Of a DNA stretch of 64,000 bases, positions 1-11,018 are shown one piece after another (position 1 is the stretch's first letter; each line of letters opens with the position of its first letter). This DNA comes from Escherichia coli (GTDB taxonomy: Bacteria; Pseudomonadota; Gammaproteobacteria; Enterobacterales; Enterobacteriaceae): NCBI RefSeq assembly GCF_002854065.1, contig NZ_CP024147.1, one strand, 5' to 3'. The notes below the pieces were generated by a model that saw only the letters and a list, made by a program, of their open reading frames with translations, was not told the DNA's origin and searched no databases. The position numbers were made by a program, and so were the translations under genes.

Positions 1-36
1 GTTGGTAAAAAAGACCAGCCCGGACAAAATCATTGA
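1..36 (+). CDS. acrZ: 3' end of acrZ (AcrAB-TolC accessory small membrane protein), partial
   Basis: Frame 1 translates to VGKKDQPGQNH then TGA at 34..36; matches recalled AcrZ C-terminus; lies upstream of modA as in K-12. Confidence 0.7.
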   Translation, partial: VGKKDQPGQNH

Positions 37-43
37 TTCCCTG

Positions 44-75
44 AATGCCCGCTTAGTCGGGCATTTTCTTTTTCT
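44..75 (+). terminator. Rho-independent terminator after acrZ
   Basis: GC stem AATGCCCG / CGGGCATT followed by T-run. Confidence 0.6.
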
Positions 76-159
76 CAACTTCCTGCTTTTCCTGCCGATA
101 TTTTTTCTTATCTACCTCACAAAGGTTAGCAATAACTGCTGGGAAAATTCCGAGTTAGT

Positions 160-183
160 CGTTATATTGTCGCCTACATAACG
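160..183. promoter_or_regulatory. ModE operator in modA promoter
   Basis: Palindromic CGTTATATTGTCGCCTACATAACG immediately upstream of modA; matches recalled ModE site. Confidence 0.7.
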
Positions 184-202
184 TTACATTAAGGGGTTAC
201 CA

Positions 203-976
203 ATGGCTCGTAAATGGTTGAACTTGTTTGCCGGGGCGGCACTCTCTTTCGCTGTTGCTGGCAATGCACTGGCAGATGAAGGGAAAATCACGGTGTTCGC
301 CGCCGCATCACTGACTAACGCAATGCAGGACATTGCTACGCAGTATAAAAAAGAGAAAGGCGTGGATGTGGTTTCTTCTTTCGCTTCGTCATCTACTCTC
401 GCCCGTCAGATTGAAGCGGGTGCGCCTGCGGATCTGTTTATTTCTGCCGATCAGAAATGGATGGATTATGCGGTTGATAAAAAAGCGATCGATACAGCTA
501 CGCGTCAGACACTGCTCGGCAATAGCCTGGTCGTTGTAGCACCGAAAGCCAGCGAGCAGAAAGATTTCATCATCGACAGCAAAACTAACTGGACTTCGCT
601 GCTGAATGGCGGTCGCCTCGCGGTTGGCGATCCGGAACATGTCCCTGCTGGCATTTATGCAAAAGAAGCACTGCAAAAACTGGGCGCATGGGATACGCTC
701 TCCCCGAAACTGGCTCCGGCGGAAGATGTTCGTGGCGCGCTGGCGTTGGTCGAACGCAATGAAGCGCCGTTGGGCATTGTTTACGGTTCTGACGCAGTTG
801 CCAGCAAAGGGGTAAAAGTGGTTGCCACCTTCCCGGAAGATTCACATAAAAAAGTGGAATATCCGGTTGCTGTTGTGGAAGGGCATAACAATGCGACAGT
901 GAAAGCATTTTATGATTATCTGAAGGGACCGCAGGCAGCGGAAATCTTTAAACGTTACGGATTTACAACCAAGTAA
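203..976 (+). CDS. modA: Molybdate ABC transporter periplasmic binding protein
   Basis: 257 aa ORF with signal peptide; recognised ModA sequence; first gene of modABC. Confidence 0.95.
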   Translation: MARKWLNLFAGAALSFAVAGNALADEGKITVFAAASLTNAMQDIATQYKKEKGVDVVSSFASSSTLARQIEAGAPADLFISADQKWMDYAVDKKAIDTATRQTLLGNSLVVVAPKASEQKDFIIDSKTNWTSLLNGGRLAVGDPEHVPAGIYAKEALQKLGAWDTLSPKLAPAEDVRGALALVERNEAPLGIVYGSDAVASKGVKVVATFPEDSHKKVEYPVAVVEGHNNATVKAFYDYLKGPQAAEIFKRYGFTTK

Positions 977-1665
977 TGATACTGACCGATCCAGAATGGC
1001 AGGCAGTTTTATTAAGCCTGAAAGTTTCTTCCCTGGCTGTGCTGTTTAGCCTGCCGTTTGGGATCTTTTTTGCCTGGTTACTGGTGCGTTGCACGTTTCC
1101 GGGCAAATCTCTGCTCGACAGCGTACTGCATCTACCGCTGGTGTTACCGCCCGTGGTCGTCGGTTACTTATTATTAGTTTCGATGGGGCGGCGCGGATTT
1201 ATCGGTGAACGTCTGTATGACTGGTTTGGTATAACCTTCGCCTTTAGCTGGCGCGGCGCGGTTCTCGCTGCCGCCGTCATGTCGTTTCCGCTGATGGTGC
1301 GGGCAATTCGTCTGGCGCTGGAAGGGGTTGATGTCAAACTGGAACAGGCCGCAAGAACACTGGGGGCCGGGCGCTGGCGCGTTTTCTTTACTATCACGTT
1401 ACCGCTGACCTTACCGGGAATTATTGTTGGTACGGTACTGGCTTTTGCTCGTTCTCTCGGTGAATTTGGCGCAACCATCACCTTTGTGTCGAACATTCCT
1501 GGTGAAACGCGAACCATTCCTTCTGCCATGTATACCCTGATTCAGACCCCCGGCGGGGAAAGTGGCGCAGCGAGACTGTGCATTATTTCTATTGCGCTGG
1601 CGATGATCTCCCTGTTGATTTCAGAATGGCTGGCCAGAATCAGCCGTGAACGGGCGGGGCGCTAA
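976..1665 (+). CDS. modB: Molybdate ABC transporter permease
   Basis: 229 aa polytopic membrane ORF; start overlaps modA stop (TAATG). Confidence 0.95.
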   Translation: MILTDPEWQAVLLSLKVSSLAVLFSLPFGIFFAWLLVRCTFPGKSLLDSVLHLPLVLPPVVVGYLLLVSMGRRGFIGERLYDWFGITFAFSWRGAVLAAAVMSFPLMVRAIRLALEGVDVKLEQAARTLGAGRWRVFFTITLPLTLPGIIVGTVLAFARSLGEFGATITFVSNIPGETRTIPSAMYTLIQTPGGESGAARLCIISIALAMISLLISEWLARISRERAGR

Positions 1666-1667
1666 TC

Positions 1668-2726
1668 ATGCTGGAACTGAATTTTTCCCAGACGTTGGGC
1701 AACCATTGCCTGACTATTAATGAAACGCTGCCCGCCAATGGCATCACTGCTATCTTTGGCGTCTCCGGTGCCGGAAAAACTTCGCTGATTAACGCCATCA
1801 GTGGACTGACGCGCCCGCAAAAAGGGAGGATTGTCCTCAATGGTCGGGTACTAAATGATGCCGAAAAAGGTATCTGCCTGACGCCAGAAAAGCGTCGCGT
1901 TGGCTATGTTTTTCAGGATGCGCGGCTGTTTCCGCATTACAAAGTGCGTGGCAATCTGCGCTACGGCATGGCGAAAAGCATGGTCGATCAGTTCGATAAG
2001 CTGGTGGCGCTTTTAGGCATTGAACCGTTGCTTGACCGTTTACCAGGCAGCCTGTCCGGAGGCGAAAAACAGCGCGTAGCGATTGGGCGGGCTTTGCTGA
2101 CGGCACCAGAATTGCTGTTGCTGGATGAACCGCTGGCGTCACTGGATATTCCGCGTAAACGCGAACTGTTGCCTTATCTGCAACGTCTGACGCGGGAAAT
2201 CAACATCCCGATGTTGTATGTCAGCCATTCGCTGGATGAGATCCTCCATCTGGCAGACAGAGTGATGGTACTGGAAAACGGTCAGGTGAAAGCCTTTGGC
2301 GCGCTGGAAGAAGTCTGGGGTAGTAGCGTGATGAATCCGTGGCTGCCGAAAGAGCAACAAAGTAGCATTCTGAAAGTGACGGTACTTGAGCATCATCCGC
2401 ATTACGCGATGACTGCGCTGGCGCTGGGCGATCAGCATTTGTGGGTCAATAAGCTGGACGAACCGCTGCAAGCTGCGCTACGTATCCGCATTCAGGCTTC
2501 CGATGTTTCTCTGGTTTTACAACCGCCGCAGCAAACCAGCATTCGTAACGTATTGCGGGCAAAAGTTGTTAATAGTTATGACGACAACGGCCAGGTAGAA
2601 GTGGAGCTGGAAGTCGGCGGTAAAACGCTGTGGGCGCGTATCAGCCCGTGGGCCAGGGATGAACTGGCGATCAAACCTGGCCTGTGGCTGTACGCGCAAA
2701 TTAAAAGTGTGTCGATAACCGCCTGA
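1668..2726 (+). CDS. modC: Molybdate ABC transporter ATP-binding protein
   Basis: 352 aa; Walker [13 protein letters not shown] signature LSGGEKQR, C-terminal Mop-like domain. Confidence 0.95.
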   Translation: MLELNFSQTLGNHCLTINETLPANGITAIFGVSGAGKTSLINAISGLTRPQKGRIVLNGRVLNDAEKGICLTPEKRRVGYVFQDARLFPHYKVRGNLRYGMAKSMVDQFDKLVALLGIEPLLDRLPGSLSGGEKQRVAIGRALLTAPELLLLDEPLASLDIPRKRELLPYLQRLTREINIPMLYVSHSLDEILHLADRVMVLENGQVKAFGALEEVWGSSVMNPWLPKEQQSSILKVTVLEHHPHYAMTALALGDQHLWVNKLDEPLQAALRIRIQASDVSLVLQPPQQTSIRNVLRAKVVNSYDDNGQVEVELEVGGKTLWARISPWARDELAIKPGLWLYAQIKSVSITA

Positions 2727-3545
2727 TTAAATCAGGTGGCTATAAATGAACTGGGCAATGCTGTCGGTGGTGTTATCACCAATCACAATGTTGGCGCGCG
2801 CTTTTACCGCGTCATCGGCGTTGCCCATCGCCACGCCTGTACCAGCGGCCTCCAGCATACTGATATCATTAAAGTTATCGCCGAACGCCACGACGTTCTC
2901 CATCGACCAGCCTTGCGCCTCAACCCATTTCGTCAAACGTTTACCTTTGCTGTTGCCGCCGCGTGCAATATCAACCTGATCGTGCCAGGACCATTCACAC
3001 TCCAGTCCCAGTTCATGTTCGACATGCTTACCAAAATGCTGCAATTGCGGCAGGTCATCGTGCGTCAGGGCGAACTTCCATACGGCGTTAACTTGTTGCG
3101 CCGTTTCAGCCAGAGAAGCGACTTGTGTGAAAGTCGGACGCTGTTCCGGCGGCAGGGTTTGCGCCCAGTTAGACGTGCGAATGACATGCCCGGTCGGGTG
3201 CTCATAGACCATTGCATCATCCACATACATCAGACCGTGAATGTGGTGTTCATTCAGCATCTCAATGAGTTGCAGGGCTTTATTAACGGGCATTGGGTCC
3301 GCTTCCAGCACGGTTTTTGCATGATAATCATACAAATAGGTGCCATTACAGCAAATAGCAGGTGTATCCAGCGCCAGCGCCTGATAAAAAGGATGAATAG
3401 CGACGTGATGGCGACCTGTGACGATGATTAATTGATAGCCTGCTTCGCGAGCGCGGGCCAGGGCTTCTATCGATGAAGGAAGCAGGGTCTTTTTCGGGGT
3501 CAATAAGGTGCCGTCTAAGTCGAGAGCAATCACGCGTGTGGTCAT
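2727..3545 (-). CDS. ybhA: HAD-family phosphatase (pyridoxal phosphate phosphatase YbhA)
   Basis: HAD motif DLDGT at N-terminus; start chosen at MTTRVIALDLDGT (272 aa) rather than the longer ORF-track start. Confidence 0.9.
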   Translation of the reverse strand: MTTRVIALDLDGTLLTPKKTLLPSSIEALARAREAGYQLIIVTGRHHVAIHPFYQALALDTPAICCNGTYLYDYHAKTVLEADPMPVNKALQLIEMLNEHHIHGLMYVDDAMVYEHPTGHVIRTSNWAQTLPPEQRPTFTQVASLAETAQQVNAVWKFALTHDDLPQLQHFGKHVEHELGLECEWSWHDQVDIARGGNSKGKRLTKWVEAQGWSMENVVAFGDNFNDISMLEAAGTGVAMGNADDAVKARANIVIGDNTTDSIAQFIYSHLI

Positions 3546-3663
3546 GGCGTATTCCAGATTAAGGTTAAGAATTTTCGTCTGCGCGAATGGTACACCGATA
3601 CCACTATCGGACAAAATTCTGCGTTTTAATTCAGCATTCACCGCCAAAAGCGACTAATTTTAG

Positions 3664-4695
<1,032 letters not shown>

Positions 4696-4707
4696 CCGCT
4701 GATTTAC

Positions 4708-4731
4708 CCGGCGCAGTCTCTCCTGCGCCGG
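4708..4731. terminator. Hairpin between convergent pgl and ybhD, possible bidirectional terminator
   Basis: CCGGCGCAG / CTGCGCCGG inverted repeat; weak U-tract. Confidence 0.4.
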
Positions 4732-4735
4732 TGTA

Positions 4736-5689
4736 TTAACCTATCTCCTGTAACGCATGTCTCTGGCGTTCGACGATATTGGTCCACAAATTGTCTTTAT
4801 CGTCAGTCCACAAATTAATCAGCAAGGCAAAAAAGCGTTCAGCTGCCGGAGAAAGCACGGCATCTTTGCGGCGAATAATCCCCAATGTCCGACGTATAAC
4901 GGGTTCCACCAGTGGGATACCAATAATCGAAGAATAGGGCGCATGGGGCATTGCCAGACCAGGAAGCGCTGAAATCCCCAGTCCTGCCTCCACCAGTCCT
5001 AATGACGTCGAAAGATGACGCACTTCGTAAAACCAGTCCAGCTTCCAGGGCTTGTCGGCTAGCTGTTGTTCTATCAACAGTCGGTTGCCGCTGGAGGAGC
5101 GTACGCCAATCATTTTGTAACCCACTAACTCCTGCCATTCTACAAGCTGCTTTTTGGCCAATGGATGGTCACGCCGACAGGCCAGCACGAACGGCTCGTT
5201 GACCAGTGGGCTAAAATCAATGGATGAATTTGTGACGTTGTTCATGTTTATGCCAAAGTCTGATTCGTTACATAGCACCGATTCCATGCAATTATTCGTG
5301 CCTTGTTCCAGAATCCGCACTTTAATATTGGGATACAGCTCATTAAATTTACCGATTGCCAGCGGTAAAAAATAAAATACTGCGGTCGGAATACACGCTA
5401 ACGTCACCATACCACGATGATAAGCATTCATATCACGAATATTAAAAAGCGTTTCATCGAATTTCTTTATTAATTCCCGCGCCTCCGGGAGCAACCTTTT
5501 TCCTGCTTTTGTTAACGTAACCTTGCGAGTTGTACGCTCAAATAGTTGAATATGTAAATCTTCCTCCATCTTTTTTATTCTTCGCGTTAATGCAGGTTGC
5601 GTAATGTTGAGTAATTTAGCGGCATTGTTAAATGAACTGGACTCTGCCAGTATGACAAATGCCTTCATACTTGATAATTCATGCTTCAT
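4736..5689 (-). CDS. ybhD: LysR-family transcriptional regulator
   Basis: N-terminal HTH typical of LysR; start chosen at MKHELSS (317 aa) with GGAG Shine-Dalgarno. Confidence 0.88.
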   Translation of the reverse strand: MKHELSSMKAFVILAESSSFNNAAKLLNITQPALTRRIKKMEEDLHIQLFERTTRKVTLTKAGKRLLPEARELIKKFDETLFNIRDMNAYHRGMVTLACIPTAVFYFLPLAIGKFNELYPNIKVRILEQGTNNCMESVLCNESDFGINMNNVTNSSIDFSPLVNEPFVLACRRDHPLAKKQLVEWQELVGYKMIGVRSSSGNRLLIEQQLADKPWKLDWFYEVRHLSTSLGLVEAGLGISALPGLAMPHAPYSSIIGIPLVEPVIRRTLGIIRRKDAVLSPAAERFFALLINLWTDDKDNLWTNIVERQRHALQEIG

Positions 5690-5733
5690 TATTACTCCGG
5701 AAAATGGAAGCGTTGATTTTGGGTGGCTGGCCG

Positions 5734-5746
5734 TTAAAAATTTTAA
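5734..5746. promoter_or_regulatory. Candidate LysR-type T-N11-A box in ybhD/ybhH divergent region
   Basis: Palindrome TTAAAAATTTTAA in the divergent intergenic region. Confidence 0.35.
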
Positions 5747-5872
5747 CTGCATTTAGCCAACTTAAATTAATGAAAAAATGTTATTAATCGTTGAGCTAAA
5801 GTCATTAGAGATGCTTTGCCCTTAATGTAACCATATCGCAATAAGTTATATTTTTAAATTGAGGGCATTATT

Positions 5873-6925
5873 ATGAAAAAAATACCCTGCGTGATGATGC
5901 GAGGTGGAACCTCGAGGGGCGCGTTCCTGTTAGCGGAACATTTACCCGAAGATCAAACGCAGCGCGATAAAATATTGATGGCAATTATGGGTTCCGGTAA
6001 CGATCTGGAAATTGACGGTATTGGCGGCGGTAATCCGCTGACCAGTAAAGTCGCCATTATTAGCCGTTCCAGCGATCCGCGTGCTGATGTCGATTATCTG
6101 TTTGCTCAAGTTATCGTCCATGAGCAACGTGTCGATACCACGCCTAACTGCGGCAATATGCTGTCTGGCGTTGGGGCATTCGCCATTGAAAATGGTTTGA
6201 TTGCAGCGACTTCGCCAGTTACCCGCGTACGTATCCGCAACGTCAATACGGGTACGTTTATCGAAGCTGATGTGCAAACACCAAATGGTGTTGTCGAGTA
6301 CGAGGGTAGCGCCAGAATTGACGGCGTACCGGGTACTGCCGCACCGGTTGCGCTCACTTTCCTGAATGCCGCTGGAACGAAAACCGGAAAAGTTTTCCCG
6401 ACTGATAATCAGATTGATTATTTTGACGATGTCCCGGTGACCTGTATCGATATGGCGATGCCAGTCGTCATTATTCCGGCTGAATATCTGGGAAAAACAG
6501 GCTATGAATTACCGGCGGAACTGGATGCCGACAAAGCATTATTAGCCCGCATTGAATCTATCCGTCTACAAGCGGGTAAAGCAATGGGCTTAGGTGATGT
6601 CAGTAATATGGTTATCCCTAAACCTGTGCTTATTTCTCCAGCGCAGAAAGGCGGGGCAATTAATGTGCGTTATTTTATGCCGCATTCTTGCCATCGCGCG
6701 TTGGCGATAACCGGTGCTATTGCTATTTCCAGTAGTTGTGCATTGGAAGGCACCGTCACCCGACAAATCATCCCTTCTGTAGGATATGGCAATATCAATA
6801 TTGAACCCCCCAGTGGTGCGCTCGACGTTCATTTAAGTAATGAAGGTCAGGATGCCACGACGTTACGCTCATCTGTTATTCGGACGACCAGAAAAATATT
6901 TTCCGGTGAAGTTTATCTTCCCTGA
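5873..6925 (+). CDS. ybhH: PrpF/AcnD-accessory-like isomerase family protein
   Basis: 350 aa; recognised YbhH sequence. Confidence 0.85.
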   Translation: MKKIPCVMMRGGTSRGAFLLAEHLPEDQTQRDKILMAIMGSGNDLEIDGIGGGNPLTSKVAIISRSSDPRADVDYLFAQVIVHEQRVDTTPNCGNMLSGVGAFAIENGLIAATSPVTRVRIRNVNTGTFIEADVQTPNGVVEYEGSARIDGVPGTAAPVALTFLNAAGTKTGKVFPTDNQIDYFDDVPVTCIDMAMPVVIIPAEYLGKTGYELPAELDADKALLARIESIRLQAGKAMGLGDVSNMVIPKPVLISPAQKGGAINVRYFMPHSCHRALAITGAIAISSSCALEGTVTRQIIPSVGYGNINIEPPSGALDVHLSNEGQDATTLRSSVIRTTRKIFSGEVYLP

Positions 6926-7000
6926 AAAGATTCGTTGTCAGGATAAGGACAATCAATAAAGGACTTCTGTATGAGTCATACAGAAAGAACAGGATTTTAA

Positions 7001-8434
7001 ATGAATAAGAAATCGTTATGGAAGCTAATTCTGATATTAGCGATCCCATGTATTATTGGCTTTATGCCAGCTCCGGCAGGATTAAGCGAACTGGCGTGGG
7101 TGCTTTTTGGTATTTACCTGGCGGCCATTGTGGGGCTGGTTATCAAGCCTTTCCCGGAACCTGTCGTACTGTTAATTGCCGTTGCTGCCTCCATGGTGGT
7201 GGTCGGTAACTTATCCGACGGTGCGTTTAAAACCACCGCCGTATTAAGCGGTTACTCTTCAGGTACTACCTGGCTGGTGTTCTCGGCGTTTACCTTAAGC
7301 GCCGCATTTGTGACCACCGGTTTAGGTAAACGTATTGCCTATCTGCTGATTGGTAAAATCGGTAACACCACGCTGGGTCTGGGTTACGTTACGGTATTCC
7401 TCGATCTGGTACTGGCTCCGGCAACACCGTCTAACACCGCGCGTGCGGGCGGCATTGTGTTACCGATCATCAACAGCGTGGCGGTAGCTTTGGGGTCCGA
7501 ACCGGAAAAAAGTCCGCGTCGTGTCGGACATTACCTGATGATGTCCATTTACATGGTCACCAAAACCACCAGCTATATGTTCTTTACCGCAATGGCGGGG
7601 AACATTCTGGCGCTGAAAATGATCAACGACATTCTGCACCTGCAAATTAGCTGGGGTGGATGGGCGCTGGCCGCCGGATTGCCGGGCATCATTATGCTGC
7701 TGGTCACCCCGCTGGTGATTTACACCATGTATCCACCAGAAATTAAGAAGGTGGATAACAAAACCATCGCTAAAGCGGGCCTTGCCGAACTGGGACCGAT
7801 GAAAATCCGCGAAAAAATGCTGCTCGGTGTCTTTGTGCTGGCGCTGCTGGGCTGGATTTTCAGTAAGTCTCTGGGGGTTGATGAATCCACCGTGGCAATC
7901 GTTGTTATGGCGACCATGCTGCTGCTGGGTATCGTTACCTGGGAAGACGTGGTTAAAAATAAAGGCGGCTGGAATACCTTAATCTGGTACGGCGGTATTA
8001 TCGGCTTAAGCTCCTTATTATCGAAAGTTAAATTTTTCGAATGGTTAGCTGAAGTCTTTAAAAATAACCTGGCATTTGATGGTCACGGTAACGTTGCTTT
8101 CTTCGTTATTATTTTCCTCAGCATCATCGTGCGTTATTTCTTCGCTTCCGGTAGTGCCTATATCGTTGCTATGTTACCTGTATTTGCCATGCTGGCGAAC
8201 GTCTCCGGCGCACCGTTAATGTTAACCGCGCTGGCACTGTTGTTCTCCAACTCCTATGGCGGCATGGTTACTCACTATGGCGGCGCGGCAGGTCCGGTCA
8301 TCTTTGGCGTGGGTTACAACGATATTAAATCCTGGTGGTTGGTCGGTGCGGTACTGACGATATTAACCTTCCTGGTGCATATCACCCTCGGCGTATGGTG
8401 GTGGAATATGCTGATCGGCTGGAACATGCTGTAA
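7001..8434 (+). CDS. ybhI: DASS-family (di/tricarboxylate-type) inner membrane transporter
   Basis: 477 aa polytopic membrane protein; recognised YbhI. Confidence 0.88.
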   Translation: MNKKSLWKLILILAIPCIIGFMPAPAGLSELAWVLFGIYLAAIVGLVIKPFPEPVVLLIAVAASMVVVGNLSDGAFKTTAVLSGYSSGTTWLVFSAFTLSAAFVTTGLGKRIAYLLIGKIGNTTLGLGYVTVFLDLVLAPATPSNTARAGGIVLPIINSVAVALGSEPEKSPRRVGHYLMMSIYMVTKTTSYMFFTAMAGNILALKMINDILHLQISWGGWALAAGLPGIIMLLVTPLVIYTMYPPEIKKVDNKTIAKAGLAELGPMKIREKMLLGVFVLALLGWIFSKSLGVDESTVAIVVMATMLLLGIVTWEDVVKNKGGWNTLIWYGGIIGLSSLLSKVKFFEWLAEVFKNNLAFDGHGNVAFFVIIFLSIIVRYFFASGSAYIVAMLPVFAMLANVSGAPLMLTALALLFSNSYGGMVTHYGGAAGPVIFGVGYNDIKSWWLVGAVLTILTFLVHITLGVWWWNMLIGWNML

Positions 8435-8440
8435 ATATAC

Positions 8441-8566
8441 TCGTCATACTTCAAGTTGCATGTGCTGCGTCTGCGTTCGCTCACCCCAGTCACTTACTTA
8501 TGTAAGCTCCTGGGGATTCACTCGCTTGTCGCCTTCCTGCAACTCGAATTATTTAGAGTATATCCA
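8441..8566. repeat. ERIC/IRU intergenic repeat
   Basis: Contains CGCTCACCCCAGTCACTTACTTATGTAAGCTCCTGGGGATTCAC, reverse complement of the ERIC core as recalled. Confidence 0.75.
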
Positions 8567-8616
8567 TTTATTATCTTTCTGCGCACTTCACGGTGCGCAG
8601 ATATCTGGAGCATTTA

Positions 8617-10878
8617 ATGATCAAGTTATCTGAAAAAGGCGTGTTTCTCGCCAGTAATAACGAAATAATTGCCGAAGAACATTTCACCGGCGAAATTAAA
8701 AAAGAAGAAGCCAAAAAAGGCACTATTGCCTGGTCTATTCTCTCTTCTCATAATACGTCCGGAAATATGGATAAACTTAAAATTAAGTTTGATTCATTAG
8801 CCTCTCACGATATTACCTTTGTTGGTATTGTACAGACCGCTAAAGCGTCCGGTATGGAACGTTTCCCGCTGCCGTATGTGCTGACCAACTGCCATAACTC
8901 ACTTTGCGCCATCGGCGGCACCATTAACGGTGATGACCATGTTTTTGGTTTATCGGCGGCTCAGCGTTATGGCGGTATTTTTGTGCCTCCGCATATTGCG
9001 GTCATCCATCAATATATGCGTGAGATGATGGCAGGTGGCGGCAAAATGATCCTCGGGTCAGACAGTCACACCCGTTACGGTGCATTAGGGACAATGGCAG
9101 TCGGTGAGGGCGGCGGCGAGTTGGTAAAACAATTGCTTAATGACACCTGGGATATCGACTATCCGGGAGTTGTTGCGGTGCATCTGACCGGAAAACCAGC
9201 GCCGTATGTGGGGCCGCAGGATGTGGCGCTGGCTATCATCGGTGCCGTGTTCAAAAACGGCTACGTCAAAAACAAAGTGATGGAATTCGTAGGTCCCGGT
9301 GTTGCTGCGCTCTCTACCGATTTCCGTAACAGCGTTGACGTTATGACCACTGAAACGACCTGTTTAAGTTCTGTCTGGCAAACCGATGAAGAAGTCCATA
9401 ACTGGCTGGCGCTGCACGGTCGCGGCCAGGATTACTGCCAGCTTAACCCTCAACCGATGGCGTACTACGATGGCTGCATCAGCGTTGATTTAAGCGCCAT
9501 CAAACCAATGATTGCGCTGCCGTTCCACCCGAGCAACGTGTATGAAATCGACACACTGAACCAGAACCTGACCGACATTCTGCGTGAGATTGAAATTGAG
9601 TCCGAACGCGTGGCGCACGGTAAAGCCAAACTCTCGCTGCTGGACAAAGTGGAAAATGGTCGCCTGAAAGTGCAGCAGGGGATTATCGCGGGCTGTTCTG
9701 GCGGTAACTACGAAAACGTCATCGCGGCGGCGAATGCACTGCGCGGTCAATCCTGTGGCAATGACACCTTCTCGCTGGCGGTTTACCCGTCATCACAGCC
9801 GGTGTTTATGGATTTAGCCAAAAAAGGTGTGGTAGCAGATTTGATTGGCGCAGGCGCAATTATCAGAACCGCGTTCTGCGGCCCATGCTTTGGCGCGGGC
9901 GATACGCCAATCAACAACGGTTTGAGTATTCGCCACACCACGCGTAACTTCCCGAACCGCGAAGGCTCTAAGCCAGCTAATGGGCAGATGTCAGCGGTGG
10001 CGTTGATGGACGCTCGTTCTATCGCTGCGACTGCGGCAAACGGTGGCTATTTAACCTCTGCCAGCGAACTCGATTGCTGGGACAACGTGTCGGAGTACGC
10101 CTTCGATGTAACGCCGTATAAAAATCGCGTCTATCAAGGCTTTGTGAAAGGGGCGACCCAGCAACCGCTGATTTACGGACCGAACATTAAAGACTGGCCG
10201 GAATTGGGTGCGCTGACTGACAATATCGTCCTCAAAGTGTGCTCGAAGATCCTCGACGAAGTGACCACCACCGACGAATTGATTCCTTCCGGTGAAACCT
10301 CTTCTTATCGTTCAAATCCGATTGGTCTGGCGGAGTTTACCCTGTCACGCCGCGATCCAGGTTATGTTGGCAGAAGTAAAGCGACTGCTGAGCTGGAAAA
10401 TCAGCGTCTGGCGGGGAATGTCAGCGAGCTGACAGAGGTGTTTGCGCGCATTAAGCAGATTGCTGGTCAGGAGCATATTGATCCGCTGCAAACTGAAATT
10501 GGCAGCATGGTCTATGCGGTGAAACCAGGCGATGGTTCTGCGCGTGAACAGGCGGCGAGCTGCCAGCGTGTGATTGGCGGTCTGGCGAATATTGCCGAGG
10601 AGTACGCGACTAAACGCTACCGTTCTAACGTCATCAACTGGGGGATGTTACCTTTGCAGATGGCGGAAGTGCCAACCTTTGAAGTGGGGGATTACATTTA
10701 CATCCCTGGCATTAAAGCGGCGCTGGATAATCCGGGTACGACGTTTAAAGGTTATGTGATCCATGAAGATGCGCCGGTAACGGAAATTACGCTCTATATG
10801 GAAAGTCTGACTGCTGAAGAGCGCGAGATTATCAAGGCGGGTAGTTTGATTAACTTCAATAAAAACCGTCAGATGTAA
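8617..10878 (+). CDS. ybhJ: Aconitase-family protein (aconitase X-like)
   Basis: Start chosen at MIKLSEKG (753 aa) with GGAG Shine-Dalgarno; recognised YbhJ. Confidence 0.88.
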   Translation: MIKLSEKGVFLASNNEIIAEEHFTGEIKKEEAKKGTIAWSILSSHNTSGNMDKLKIKFDSLASHDITFVGIVQTAKASGMERFPLPYVLTNCHNSLCAIGGTINGDDHVFGLSAAQRYGGIFVPPHIAVIHQYMREMMAGGGKMILGSDSHTRYGALGTMAVGEGGGELVKQLLNDTWDIDYPGVVAVHLTGKPAPYVGPQDVALAIIGAVFKNGYVKNKVMEFVGPGVAALSTDFRNSVDVMTTETTCLSSVWQTDEEVHNWLALHGRGQDYCQLNPQPMAYYDGCISVDLSAIKPMIALPFHPSNVYEIDTLNQNLTDILREIEIESERVAHGKAKLSLLDKVENGRLKVQQGIIAGCSGGNYENVIAAANALRGQSCGNDTFSLAVYPSSQPVFMDLAKKGVVADLIGAGAIIRTAFCGPCFGAGDTPINNGLSIRHTTRNFPNREGSKPANGQMSAVALMDARSIAATAANGGYLTSASELDCWDNVSEYAFDVTPYKNRVYQGFVKGATQQPLIYGPNIKDWPELGALTDNIVLKVCSKILDEVTTTDELIPSGETSSYRSNPIGLAEFTLSRRDPGYVGRSKATAELENQRLAGNVSELTEVFARIKQIAGQEHIDPLQTEIGSMVYAVKPGDGSAREQAASCQRVIGGLANIAEEYATKRYRSNVINWGMLPLQMAEVPTFEVGDYIYIPGIKAALDNPGTTFKGYVIHEDAPVTEITLYMESLTAEEREIIKAGSLINFNKNRQM

Positions 10879-10884
10879 AAAGCA

Positions 10885-11010
10885 CCATGTGAATGTAGGT
10901 CGCATTCGGCACTTATTGTCGGATGCGATGCTGGCGCATCTTATCCGACCTACAAATCGCATCGAACCGTAGGCCGGATAAGGCGTTTACGCCGCATCCA
11001 GCAAATAGTT
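10885..11010. repeat. REP/BIME palindromic repeats
   Basis: GCCGGATAAGGCGTTTACGCCGCATCC and CGGATGCGATGCTGGCGCATCTTATCCG units between convergent ybhJ and ybhC. Confidence 0.8.
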
Positions 11011-11018
11011 AATAGCTC

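Noticed and set aside
2736-3431. 231-aa plus-strand ORF
   Set aside because: Antisense to ybhA, which carries a clear HAD motif on the minus strand.
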